A stretch of 64,000 bases of DNA, taken from NCBI GenBank assembly GCA_963737985.1, contig CAVTUU010000012.1, positions 9,157-73,156 on the forward strand. The letters run 5' to 3'. The DNA is from an uncultured Chloroflexia bacterium. Its GTDB lineage: Bacteria; Chloroflexota; Chloroflexia; Thermomicrobiales; UBA6265. A program made the translations under genes and the position numbers. Under the pieces are notes generated by a model. It did not search any database, was not told the origin of the DNA, and saw nothing but the letters and a program-made list of their open reading frames with translations. Shown piece by piece: positions 10,621 through 20,181 of the stretch (within the stretch, counting starts at the first letter, position 1; every line of letters begins with the position of its first letter).

Positions 10621-10654
10621 ACACAGAAGAAGGATCGGGGCGAACCCCCGATCC
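10621..10654 (-). terminator. Intrinsic terminator candidate downstream of the NlpC/P60 gene
   Basis: 9-bp stem GGATCGGGG/CCCCGATCC with a 5-nt loop, followed on the minus strand by TTCTTCTGTGT. A second 9-bp hairpin CCGCGAGCG/CGCTCGCGG lies at about 10673-10697. Confidence 0.5.
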
Positions 10655-10752
10655 CTCTTCCTCCCCCTTTTACCGCGAGCGAGCGTTTCGCTCGCGGCCC
10701 TGTGGCCCCCGCGGTCTACCGTCTGCCTCTGCGGGGCGACAACCGGCTTGAA

Positions 10753-13180
10753 TTAGGCGAGTCTGACTGCTCCGTACCACCGGGACGCGTAATACTGCGA
10801 CTTCAAGCTGCTGATCGTGACGCCGGTCGATTCGTTCTCGGCATGGATAAATTGATCGTTGCCGATGTAGATGCCGACGTGCGATAGTCCCCAGGTATAG
10901 GTGTTCTGGAAGAACACGAGGTCGCCGGGCTGCAATGCATTCCGCGAAACAGGAGTTCCCGCCGCGACCTGCGTCCAGAGCCCAGCGCCGATGTTGATAC
11001 CGAGAACGTTGAGCGCAACCCAGTAGGTGAAGCCGGAGCAGTCGAAGCTTCCAGGCCCATGCGTCGCCCAGACATATGGATAGCCCTTGTACTGCATGGC
11101 ATAGGAAACGATCGCGTTCCCGTTCCTGCTGCCACTACTATTTCCGGTATCGCCTGATCCGCCATCGTTGCCGCTGTTGTCATTAGCAGATCCACCTCGG
11201 TCACTGAGCGCAGCGCCGGTCGAGCTGAGGTATGTCGTGTACATATACCCCTTCAGCCCATCCCAATTGACCGGATAAAAACCTGCCTTCGGCGTACCGG
11301 TGATCAGAACCACGGTTCCCTTCGGCACCACCGCCGCGACACCCCCGGTGAAGCTCGGCGAGTAGCGCAGATTCAGGTTTGTCGTGACCCGTGCGTGGTC
11401 GCCATTGCTCAGCCGGTAACCGCCACCACCGGAATTGCCTGAGTTGCCCGAGCTATTGCCGTTCGAGGGCGGAGCACTCGACTTACTGAGGTAATCCTTG
11501 TGGATGAAGCCGTTGCTCCCGTTGTAGGTGACCGCGACCCACTCGCCACTGCTGCCCGAGCGAACCTTGACGTAGGTTCCTTCGCCCAGGACCGAGATGA
11601 TCGACGCGTTCGTGCTGGCGCCGGTGCGGAACCGCACGCCAGTGCCGTTCGTGCCGCTGACCTTCGCCCAGCTTCCCGCGGAGAGTCCGGAGGAAGAGGA
11701 GTTGCCACTACTATTGCCAGAGTTGCTGTTGCCGGAGCTCGTCCCGCTGCCGAAATCGACATACATCTTCAGGACGTAGGCTTTGCGGCCATTGCAAACG
11801 ACGGGTTGCCAATCGGCGTGGCCAATTCCGCGCAGATCAATCCTCGCGCCATCCGCCAGGACGGTGATGATTCGGTTGTTATAGCTCGCGCCGGTGCGGC
11901 AATTGAGACCACTGCCGTCGTCGGTCTTAACCCGCGCCGTGCCGGTGATCGTCACGCCGCCGCCTGTCGATTCGTTCGTTGATGGCGAGCTGCTGGAGCC
12001 ACCACCGTACGAGAGGTAGTCGGTGGAGACGTATCCGTTGCGGCTCTTGCACGTGACAGGCTGCCAACCGCTCTTCGCGTTTCCACGAAGGCTCACCTTG
12101 GCCCCTTCGGCAAGGACGGTGATGATATTGCCGTCGAGACTGGCGCTCGAGCGGCAGCGCAATCCGCCGCCGTTGGTGCCCTTGACGGTTGCAGTGCCGG
12201 TTGCGGATGCAGAGAACGACGCGCTGGAATCACCGCTCGATGATGAGGTTTCTCCCGAGCCGCCGACCTTCACGTAGGCCTTGTTGATGAAGCCTTTGCG
12301 ACCACCGCAGAAGACTGGTTGCCAATCGGTCGCGGAGGTGCCGCGGAGATCGACGTGCTCGCCTTCTGTGAGAACCGTGATCACGTTCTTATCGGAACCC
12401 GCTCCAGCGCGGCAACGAATGCCGTCGCCATTCGTGTTGTAGATCTCACCGGTACCAGTGACGCCGGTGTCGTCCGCCGCTGGATCTGATGTGTCGCTCG
12501 TGCCACTTGTGTCGCTCGTGTCGCCAGCGGGAGCCTGTGTCTTCGAGGAGCCCCCGACAGAGACGTATTCAGCGTGAACGTACCCCGAGCGTCCCTTGCA
12601 GTTGACCGGTTGCCAGATATCGACTTGGTCGCCGGTAAGCTCGACAGTCGCGCCTTCAACGATAACGGTGATGACTTCCGCGTCCAAGCTAGGGGCCGTT
12701 CGGCAGAGCACACCATCGTTGTTCGTGCCGCTGATGACGCCAGTGCCGGTTACAGGCGCTGCCGGTTCTCCAGCCGTGCTTGAATTGTCTGTTGGGGTGT
12801 CATTGGAAGAGATCTGATGGAGTGGAATCCTGCGAATCGGAGGAGCTTCCATCATCAAGCGCCAAGTAAAGCGAAACGATATAACCCGTTTTCCCGTTTG
12901 CGCGGACCTTGTACCAGAGGGTGCCGTCGTCGGCGGCGACCGGCCCATCAAGGACATCAACCGTTGTGCCTTCGGAAACGTGGGCGAGCACCCCAGCGTC
13001 GTATCCAGGATCGCTGCGCAACATCACATCATCGCCATCTGCATAGGCGATGCGTGCCTTTCCTCCAACCACGAGATCGGTATCAGCCAGCGCCGCGATG
13101 GGCGCCATCATTGTCAGTAGCAGTGCTCCAGCCATGGCAAACATGAGGCCACGTGGAGCCCAGCGGGGAAAACTAGCCAA
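10753..13180 (-). CDS. Secreted NlpC/P60 peptidoglycan endopeptidase with seven SH3b repeats; interrupted by one frameshift near 12820
   Basis: ORF 12800-13180 supplies the signal peptide (MASFPRWAPRGLMFAMAGALLLTMMAPIAALA) and SH3b-1. ORF 10753-12960 supplies SH3b 2-7 and the C-terminal NlpC/P60 domain (FDCSGF, SHVGIYIG, IHA). TTG start with a GGAGGG RBS. Confidence 0.85.
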
Positions 13181-13267
13181 AACCCCTTCCCTCCGTAAAT
13201 CCTTCCAGCTGAGCAGCCCCTCAGCCGTCCCGCAGGTGTCGGGTATGGGAACCTGTCTGGCCTCCCT

Positions 13268-13293
13268 AAAGAAGAACGAGCGACCTCTCGCTC
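13268..13293 (-). terminator. Terminator/attenuator-like hairpin upstream of the NlpC/P60 gene
   Basis: On the minus strand, GAGCGA-GAGG-TCGCTC is followed by GTTCTTCTTT. It lies about 90 nt upstream of the TTG start at 13180. Confidence 0.35.
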
Positions 13294-14806
13294 ACTTCCA
13301 CAAGACCGGCGACTCCAACCAGTCGCCATTCCAGAATTGACGATATTGCAAATGCCCCGACGTTATCGCGGGCACAAAAAATCCGGCGACTACTGTTCTT
13401 GAGCGAAGGTTTGGCGAGCACGAACTCTGCGGGAATCTTCCTTGGCAGTGTTGTTTGTGCTCATCAATCCAACTACCTCTCGAACGCCCTCGCCGGAGAC
13501 GGTCAGCAAAAGTCGCAATGGTAGTGCCGTTTACGACTCATGCTTCTTCACGATACCGGAACGACGCGAAACTAACAGACTTCCCAGGCACTGTCAACCC
13601 CCGTGGAGCGCTCTCATGGGTTGTACAACGTTTTGAGCAACGTTCATTCGCAAGTCTTTGGCCACCACATTCGGCTCTTCCGAAAATCATGGGATTGATT
13701 GTACGTACGGGTGCATTATCGCCTTCATCGACGAATTGCGCTACCCCTTGGCGTTCGGCGCGACGACATGAGCCAACCGCCACAGCCGACGATGTGAATA
13801 CGGTAAAAGGCGACTGGGAAGCAGAGCAGTGGCCGAAAGTACTTTTCGCTCCCTGGTATTCGCTCCTGGTAGTTGCCTCTTACGTGTGGGGGACGATTCC
13901 ACGGAACCTGAGAAAATGACAGACCCTCGCTGGCATTGCCGGCGAGGGTCCGGACTCCAAGTTTGCCTCCCTATCTCGGGTTTCTCAAAGAAACCGAGTA
14001 GTTGCAACAACAAGGAATCTTTACGCACACTCGGCGACGTACAGTTGCGCCACCGAGCCGGACTAACGTCCGGTCGCGGGAGGGCCGCTACCTTGGAAGC
14101 CACAGGCGAGGGAAGGGGGAAATCCCGCGACACACCAGGTAACGACCCAATCCCAACGATCACGGAGTGTATTGCTCCGTATCGCTTGTGATTGCCGTTG
14201 GCTGGAACGACGATCACACCTTATAAAACGCAGAGAGCGTGCCATGGTGTCGCCAATTTGCGGAATTATTTGAGAAATCCTTGCGTCCCGAGGCGAGAGT
14301 GCCGATAGAACCAGACGATGACGGGCGGCGACGTAATTGAGCGGTTCGATTGGCCTCATGTTGAGGATCATTCTACACACCCGAAACTGGCGCAGAGAAT
14401 GCATCCATGGCCGGCTCTGGCGATTCAGGCCAAGTTAGCTTCACACGCCACTTCGAGCGCGAATCCGATCTCCGGCTCAACCGCGCCGGCTTACGAACGT
14501 GTGAGTCAAATATCTTACCTCTGACGGCTGGGCATCTCGAGAGATCAGAGGCCAGATCCCGGGTAAGTCAAGCACTCAGATCATCGGTCGCCTTGAGCAA
14601 CGCGACCGCCGGAACTGAATGCTCAGCCCAATCGATAGGATTCCCGCAACGAGCGAGAATTGACCGCACTTTTCAGTCGAATTGAACGTAGATCAACCCG
14701 GGACCCGGCAATGGATTCCCCGATCATCGGGCAACGATATGGATTTCTCGCACTCATTCATATGCCAAGCGGGCATAGTTCAGGGAGACGCCCGTTCCTG
14801 GGTCGA

Positions 14807-15337
14807 CTAATCGCTTACCTGGCCCAATTCCTTGGTGCCACCGGTCTCCACGGGAATTTCCTCTGTGCGTCGCGAGGACTCGCTCGAGCCTGTACCGGCG
14901 CTAACTGGTATTCGCCGCTCCTTCGCCTCCTCGCTTTTTGGCAGGATGATGGTCAGCACGCCATCCTTGAATTCCGCTTTGGCCGCTTCCGGTTTGACTG
15001 AGGATGGCAGGCGAACCGTGCGGTCGAACATGCCGTACTGTTGCTCTCGCACGATCCAGCGATTTCCGTCGTCGGTTTGCTCTTTGGATTCTCGCCGCTC
15101 GCCCCGAATCCGGAGGGTGTCGCCAAGGACCGTGATCTCTACATCATCGGGCGCGACGCCGGGAACCGGCGCGGTGACGACGAAGTTGTCTCCCTGCTCC
15201 GCCACATCGACCGATAGTGGAGCAGCGGTCATCGCTTTCTCGCCACGCATCGGGACAAAACTCTCGGCAATGAGCCGATCCATCGCATCACGAAGGCTCA
15301 TCATGTCCCGCCAGGGATCCCATCTGCTGATACTCAT
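14807..15337 (-). CDS. Hsp20/alpha-crystallin small heat-shock protein
   Basis: Alpha-crystallin domain (VDVAEQGDNFVVTAPVPGVAPDDVEITVLGDTLRIRGERR ... AEFKDGVLTIILPK). GGAGGTG RBS. Confidence 0.9.
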   Translation of the reverse strand: MSISRWDPWRDMMSLRDAMDRLIAESFVPMRGEKAMTAAPLSVDVAEQGDNFVVTAPVPGVAPDDVEITVLGDTLRIRGERRESKEQTDDGNRWIVREQQYGMFDRTVRLPSSVKPEAAKAEFKDGVLTIILPKSEEAKERRIPVSAGTGSSESSRRTEEIPVETGGTKELGQVSD

Positions 15338-15381
15338 TGTGTCACCTCCAGGCGCATATTCGATCCAAATTGACGCTGCGC

Positions 15382-15398
15382 CATTGCAGAATGCAATG
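15382..15398. promoter_or_regulatory. Perfect 7-3-7 palindrome CATTGCA-GAA-TGCAATG upstream of hsp20
   Basis: Lies 45-61 nt upstream of the hsp20 ATG. It matches neither CIRCE nor HAIR consensus. Confidence 0.3.
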
Positions 15399-15509
15399 CA
15401 AGCAAAATGCGTTCCAGGCCGTGCAACCCATCACTGGTGCAAGAGCCGGTAGGATCTCCCTGACATATGCACACACCGGTCCCATAAGTCCGATCCTATG
15501 ACTCCCGAA

Positions 15510-15950
15510 TTACCAGTCTTCTTCCGATCTCTCCTGGATGCGATCCGCGGCGTACCCACCGCCGTAATACCAGGCCAGTGAAAACAGACCGCCTGCTCCG
15601 ATACCGACTCCGAGCAGAATCGCGCCGGCCGCGAGGCCATGCACAACCGGTTGATCGACGAAACTGAGAACCACGCACGCGAAAAGCCCAACGAAGAGGC
15701 CTTCTGCCAATCGCAAGAACGCGTGTCGCTTCGCGGCGCCCGGAGCAAAGTTGAAGAAGAAATCCGCGGTGCGGGCCTCGAAAACGGCGCCTGCGATCGC
15801 CAGCAGCACGGCGACGACATCGAGGAAATACGTCCAGTTAGCCCGATCGCTTCCTCGATCAGCTCGATACCAGCTACTGAGACCGGCGAGGACCGCGCCG
15901 GCCACGACGAAGCCAAGCCCGATGCGGCGGAAGAGAAGCGGACTGTTCAC
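15510..15950 (-). CDS. Hypothetical integral membrane protein (four predicted helices)
   Basis: 146 aa with hydrophobic segments such as GLGFVVAGAVLAGL and VVAVLLAIAGAVF. Last gene of a same-strand cluster. Confidence 0.6.
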   Translation of the reverse strand: MNSPLLFRRIGLGFVVAGAVLAGLSSWYRADRGSDRANWTYFLDVVAVLLAIAGAVFEARTADFFFNFAPGAAKRHAFLRLAEGLFVGLFACVVLSFVDQPVVHGLAAGAILLGVGIGAGGLFSLAWYYGGGYAADRIQERSEEDW

Positions 15951-15984
15951 GAAATCGAACGCTGTAGGGGATCAGCTGACCGCG

Positions 15985-17145
15985 CTAGTAGTCAAACGTG
16001 TTTCGATTGGGTTGGTTGATCTGGCGAATCTCTGGCGGTGGAGTGCTGTCTGTTTCCCGGCGTTGCCCGGTGAGCTGCTCGAGTTCTTGTTGAATCTGTT
16101 CGAGTCGCACGCGCACGCGCTGCTCGTTCAGCGTCCACAGATCGCGCCGCAATACTTCGTCCGTTTGGCGCAGCTCGTCGAGATGCTGAGCCAGGGCGCC
16201 GATGCGATTCCCCATGTCCCGATACATCTCGGCGATGCCCTCGATTCGCTCAATCAGGCGATCGATTCGCTGGTCCTGCCCGGTGCGCAAATCGGCAACA
16301 TGTCCATCGACCTCCTGCCGTAAATCCTCGTAGCGTTCGAGGATGACCTCGTGGCGTTCAATTGATTGCGTTTGGAACTTCGTGAGGTCCTGACGGAGCG
16401 TGGCATCAAATGCCCGCAGCTCCTCGAACGACGGATCGATATGACCAACCGAGGCCTTGGTTTCTTCAATGAGATCGAACGAGTGGGTCAAATCGGAGCG
16501 CATTTCGTCGATGCGCGACTTGGTCGTTTCGAGCGATTCGACAACCTCAGCGGTTCGCCGGCGCGCTTCCTGATCGACGATCCGGATCCCATCTTCATTG
16601 CGTAACACATCACGCCGGACCTGATCGATTTCACCCTTGACTAAATCGAGGGTGTCTCGTAATTGATGGGCGATGATCGCGTTGCGATCGCCAACCGCCG
16701 ACAAATGCTCGAGAGCAGAACGAATCTCTTCGAAGCGCTTCTGATTCTGCCCAGTGTCATCTGTCTTGCGCCGGGACGCTTCCAATAGCTCTGAGACGTG
16801 CGCTTGTAGCGCTCGCACCGGGCGCGAAACATCATCCAGGCGCGCTTCCATATCGACAATCTGCTGGCGCGTTCGGTTCTCGTCCAATGACCGCGCCTGT
16901 GATGACTGCTGGGTGTCGTGGCGAATCTGATCAAGGAAGAGCTTGTTCTGAGCCACGCCGCCTTCGTACTGTTTCAGTCCCTCTTCAACCCGAACCTGGC
17001 GACTCGCCAATTCACGCAGCGCCTGTCGCAGTTCGTCGACCTGATTCTGCAATGTCGAGAAACGCGCTTCGTCACGCTTTCGCTCATCTTCTTGCCGAAA
17101 TGCGGTTACGGGAATCGGATTGGCTCCCGATTGGCGATTGTTCAT
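15985..17145 (-). CDS. Hypothetical coiled-coil protein (386 aa)
   Basis: Almost entirely heptad-like and charged, rich in E/R/Q/L/D. No TM segment and no motif I recognise. The ATG overlaps the HDAC stop as ATGA (17142-17145). Confidence 0.7.
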   Translation of the reverse strand: MNNRQSGANPIPVTAFRQEDERKRDEARFSTLQNQVDELRQALRELASRQVRVEEGLKQYEGGVAQNKLFLDQIRHDTQQSSQARSLDENRTRQQIVDMEARLDDVSRPVRALQAHVSELLEASRRKTDDTGQNQKRFEEIRSALEHLSAVGDRNAIIAHQLRDTLDLVKGEIDQVRRDVLRNEDGIRIVDQEARRRTAEVVESLETTKSRIDEMRSDLTHSFDLIEETKASVGHIDPSFEELRAFDATLRQDLTKFQTQSIERHEVILERYEDLRQEVDGHVADLRTGQDQRIDRLIERIEGIAEMYRDMGNRIGALAQHLDELRQTDEVLRRDLWTLNEQRVRVRLEQIQQELEQLTGQRRETDSTPPPEIRQINQPNRNTFDY

Positions 17146-18170
17146 GGGCGGGCGCTGGTCTCCTCGTTGATGTGCTGGACGTCACTACCATCATACTCGC
17201 CATCCGAGCCGGTATCGAGTGCTTCGACAACCTCGGCGACGCTCGCGGCCAGCGCATGCGGGTCGTAGCCACCCTCGAGAAACGCGACGATACGACCGCT
17301 TGCAGTCTCTTCCGCGAGCTCGATCGTCCGCTCCGTCATCTTTCGAAATCCCGTTTCAGTCACGCGCATCGATCCCAACGGATCAGCGTTGTGGGCATCG
17401 AATCCTGCTGAAACGAGCACCAACTCCGGTCTGTACTCACGCACCCGTGGCGCGATGATCTCATCGAACACGCGCAGATAGGTCGTGTCTCCTTCACCGG
17501 GCGGCAACGGGAGATTGAGCGTGAAGCCCCAACCCGGGCCAACCCCCTTCTCGGACGCATCACCAGTGCCGGGATAGAGCGGCGACTGGTGCATTGAGCA
17601 GAAAAGCACTCTGTCGGTCTCGTAAAAAATGTCCTGTGTGCCGTTTCCGTGATGGACATCCCAATCGATAATCGCGACCCGAGCGACGCCGCGCGACAAC
17701 GCGTGCGCCGCCGCAACCGCGATGCTGTTGATCAGACAAAAACCCATACCGCGCTGGCTCGTCGCATGATGACCTGGCGGTCTGCCAAGCACCATCGATC
17801 GTTGCACCACGTCGTCGAGCGCGGCGTCAACGGCCGCGATACCGGCCCCAGCTGCGAGCCGGGCAACGTCATACGAATCGGGACCGATCATCGTGTCGGC
17901 GTCGAGCCAGGCTCCGCCGGAGCTCGTCACCCGTTCAAGCAAGTCGATGTACCGGGCATCGTGCACGCGCTCAATCGCTTCCCGCGACGCAGGTGAGAAC
18001 GAAATCTCCGGTCGACCTGCGAGAAGTGCTCGACGGCGCAATTCGGCGTCGATCGCGAGCAGCCGTCGTGGATTTTCGACATGCGTGCCGGTGTCGTGAC
18101 CGAGAAACGCGGAGGATCGCAGAAGCGCTGCTCGGTGATTGGATGGAGCCGGAGCGGATGCATCACTCAT
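17142..18170 (-). CDS. Histone deacetylase-family (class II HDAC/AcuC-like) deacetylase
   Basis: GRPPGHHA, IIDWDVHHGNGTQDIF, LYPGTG, GFDAH. Start placed at MSDASAP (18170); the longer ORF upstream is not protein-like. Confidence 0.85.
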   Translation of the reverse strand: MSDASAPAPSNHRAALLRSSAFLGHDTGTHVENPRRLLAIDAELRRRALLAGRPEISFSPASREAIERVHDARYIDLLERVTSSGGAWLDADTMIGPDSYDVARLAAGAGIAAVDAALDDVVQRSMVLGRPPGHHATSQRGMGFCLINSIAVAAAHALSRGVARVAIIDWDVHHGNGTQDIFYETDRVLFCSMHQSPLYPGTGDASEKGVGPGWGFTLNLPLPPGEGDTTYLRVFDEIIAPRVREYRPELVLVSAGFDAHNADPLGSMRVTETGFRKMTERTIELAEETASGRIVAFLEGGYDPHALAASVAEVVEALDTGSDGEYDGSDVQHINEETSARP

Positions 18171-18234
18171 GAGGTGAGTATAGCGAGTCAGATCTCGCGA
18201 ACTGCTAAGCGCCCAGTCCGCAACGCCGGTCGAG

Positions 18235-18582
18235 CTAGTTGCGGTGGGCGCCGTTGCTCGACAAGTCCGCGGTGACATCGACTGGCTGTGTCTGCCTTGG
18301 CGCTTCCGCGTAGGCGGGAGGTCGATTGGGGCGAGGAAGGAAGCTCGTCGGACCCATGATGAGGTACATCAACGCCCCGACGAACGGCAAAATTAAGATC
18401 ACAAACGCCCAAATGACCTTGTTGTCGCCCCGGACCGATGGCCGTCGCATGAGATCGCGGATGGCATAGAACATCAGGCCGTACTGCACTGCGGCGGCGA
18501 TCAGAATCAAAAAAGCAAGCAGCCACGTCTGCCACGACATCCGTTCGAAGGTCCTCCGACACCAATTGTAGCGGGATGACAA
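18235..18582 (-). CDS. Small membrane protein with PLD-nuclease N-terminal (PLDc_N) type domain
   Basis: WLLAFLILIAAAVQYGLMFYAIRDL ... KVIWAFVILILPFVGALMYLIMG. The start may be the internal ATG at 18540. Confidence 0.6.
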   Translation of the reverse strand: MSSRYNWCRRTFERMSWQTWLLAFLILIAAAVQYGLMFYAIRDLMRRPSVRGDNKVIWAFVILILPFVGALMYLIMGPTSFLPRPNRPPAYAEAPRQTQPVDVTADLSSNGAHRN

Positions 18583-18648
18583 GGGAGAGGCGTTTTTTGG
18601 GCCTTTTACGCCAGGTTGAAAACCTAGGTGATCGCACTAACAATCACC

Positions 18649-19983
18649 CTACCCCGCCCGGTCCAGGAACTCGGATGCGATCCAGCCTTTGTCGCCGGTG
18701 GCGGGATCTTTGACGGGGTACCAGGTGTGACCATCGGCTTCCTTGGGACCGCCGGTAACGGTCAATTCAGTGCCCTGCGGGAGCGCCTTGACCACCGTGG
18801 CGTCGGTCGAGGCGCTCTTTCGCAGATTGACGCCCTGATCGTTCGTGACGACCTTGTCCCCGACTGCCAAATCGGTCAAGGGAACGTGCGTCACGTCTGG
18901 TTGCGCGGCGTTCGACGGGGCCGATCCTGACCACGTGAAGTAACGCGGATCGGCGCCGGTGAGATTCGGCAGGAACCGGACGAGGCTTCCGCTGTAGGAC
19001 GCGGGAACTTCGAAGACGACCCAGCCTTCACGAGTTGCGCCCGGGAAATAGCTCCCGCTGGCGTCTGGTGAAGGTGGCGTTAGGGTGAGGACATCGTCGA
19101 TCGGTTTGCCTTCTTCATCAGCCAGCTCAAACGCGCTCGGCGACAGAAAGGCCGGCTTTCCACCCGTGTGGACATTCGTGACTTGCACTTTGAACGCCAG
19201 CCACGGATCTTCGTCGGTCGCTTGCTCGAGCCCGAGCGCCGTCGTGCGGTAGTCGCTGGCGGGATAGAGGTTGTAGACAGCTTCGCCCGATTCCACTTCG
19301 GTGACCTGAATCGCCCAATCAGCGGTTACGATCTGCGAATCGAGTTGGGCTGGTGCTCCTGGGCCCTTGCCGGCGTCGTTCGGTTTCGCCGCGGCCTCGG
19401 AGGCATCGGCGACCGTCGCCCCACCTTGCAGTGCAAGCACGCCATCCGCCCAGTTGCCCGGAATCGACAGGCTGTCGTAGAGCAGGAGCAGATTCTGCTC
19501 ATCGTTCGACTCCCCGAGCACGACCCAGCCTTCGAGACTCGCGCCCGGCTCGACCGCACCGTCGAGGGCGGGATCGGGAACGACGACGCCAACGTAGCGC
19601 CGGACGTTGCCTGAGGCGCCGGTGATCGCGAAATCATCGGGCGAAATATCGAAGGACTGTTGCGACGTATTCGTGACCTTGACTTTGACGAGGAGATACC
19701 CAAACCCATCGGCGGGCGCAACGTTTTGGTCGCTCGCGGCAATGACCTGCTGAGTCGCGTCGTCGCCCGTAACGACATCGGTGATCGCCATCTTCCACGG
19801 GTCGATCTGCGCTTCCTGCTTGAACGGCACCGGATCGCTTCGCGACGCCCCGACGGCAAGCGCGGCCGAGCTCGCAACGCCAACCAGAACCAGGGCAGCT
19901 ATCAACGAAACGAACTTACGGCTGAACCGATTTGCTCCCGCGCGTCGATTCGTCGTCAATCGATCCAATTTGCCTATCTTCAC
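18649..19983 (-). CDS. Secreted protein with two DUF4352-like Ig-fold domains and a C-terminal SH3b domain
   Basis: Signal/anchor segment FVSLIAALVLVGVASSAALA. Twice the pattern GYLLVKVKVTNTS...F...DF / WLAFKVQVTNV...EGWVVFEVP. C-terminal GVNLRKSASTDATVVKALPQGTELTV...WYPV...GWIASEFL. Confidence 0.65.
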   Translation of the reverse strand: MKIGKLDRLTTNRRAGANRFSRKFVSLIAALVLVGVASSAALAVGASRSDPVPFKQEAQIDPWKMAITDVVTGDDATQQVIAASDQNVAPADGFGYLLVKVKVTNTSQQSFDISPDDFAITGASGNVRRYVGVVVPDPALDGAVEPGASLEGWVVLGESNDEQNLLLLYDSLSIPGNWADGVLALQGGATVADASEAAAKPNDAGKGPGAPAQLDSQIVTADWAIQVTEVESGEAVYNLYPASDYRTTALGLEQATDEDPWLAFKVQVTNVHTGGKPAFLSPSAFELADEEGKPIDDVLTLTPPSPDASGSYFPGATREGWVVFEVPASYSGSLVRFLPNLTGADPRYFTWSGSAPSNAAQPDVTHVPLTDLAVGDKVVTNDQGVNLRKSASTDATVVKALPQGTELTVTGGPKEADGHTWYPVKDPATGDKGWIASEFLDRAG

Positions 19984-20181
19984 GCGGGAACTCCTCGCAG
20001 CGCGAACGCCAAGGCGACTACAGGACTGTTGCGGGCGCTGTCCAAACTGTGTCCGGTCATTGTACTCATCCGGTCAGCCGCGACACCAACTCGATCCCAA
20101 CTTGCCCATGCGGATAACTCCGTGTAGCGTTGTCGCCTATCGCTTGTCACGGCCCTCGGCCATATTTCTCGGGAGCGTCGG

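Noticed and set aside
13181-13330. Possible cyclic-di-AMP (ydaO-type) riboswitch upstream of the NlpC/P60 gene, a common association.
   Set aside because: Only a short ACCCGACACCUG resemblance is present. The GGGGUGAAUCC, ACGGGGA and CAGCUAACCUCG blocks are not.
13885-13950. TPP-riboswitch-like elements (GGGGGAC ... CUGAGA ... ACCC ... CUGGCAUUGCCGGCGAGGG).
   Set aside because: The ACCUGAUC/P4 segment is missing. ACCCUCGC and GCGAGGGU pair with each other as a simple 9-bp hairpin. There is no downstream gene on the plus strand to regulate.
13936-14500. RNase P RNA-like strings (GAGGGTCCGGACTCC; CGCCGGCTTACG).
   Set aside because: The spacing is too long, and the other universally conserved blocks (GGUAAGGGUGAAAGGGUG, ACAGAACCCGGCUUA in full) are absent.
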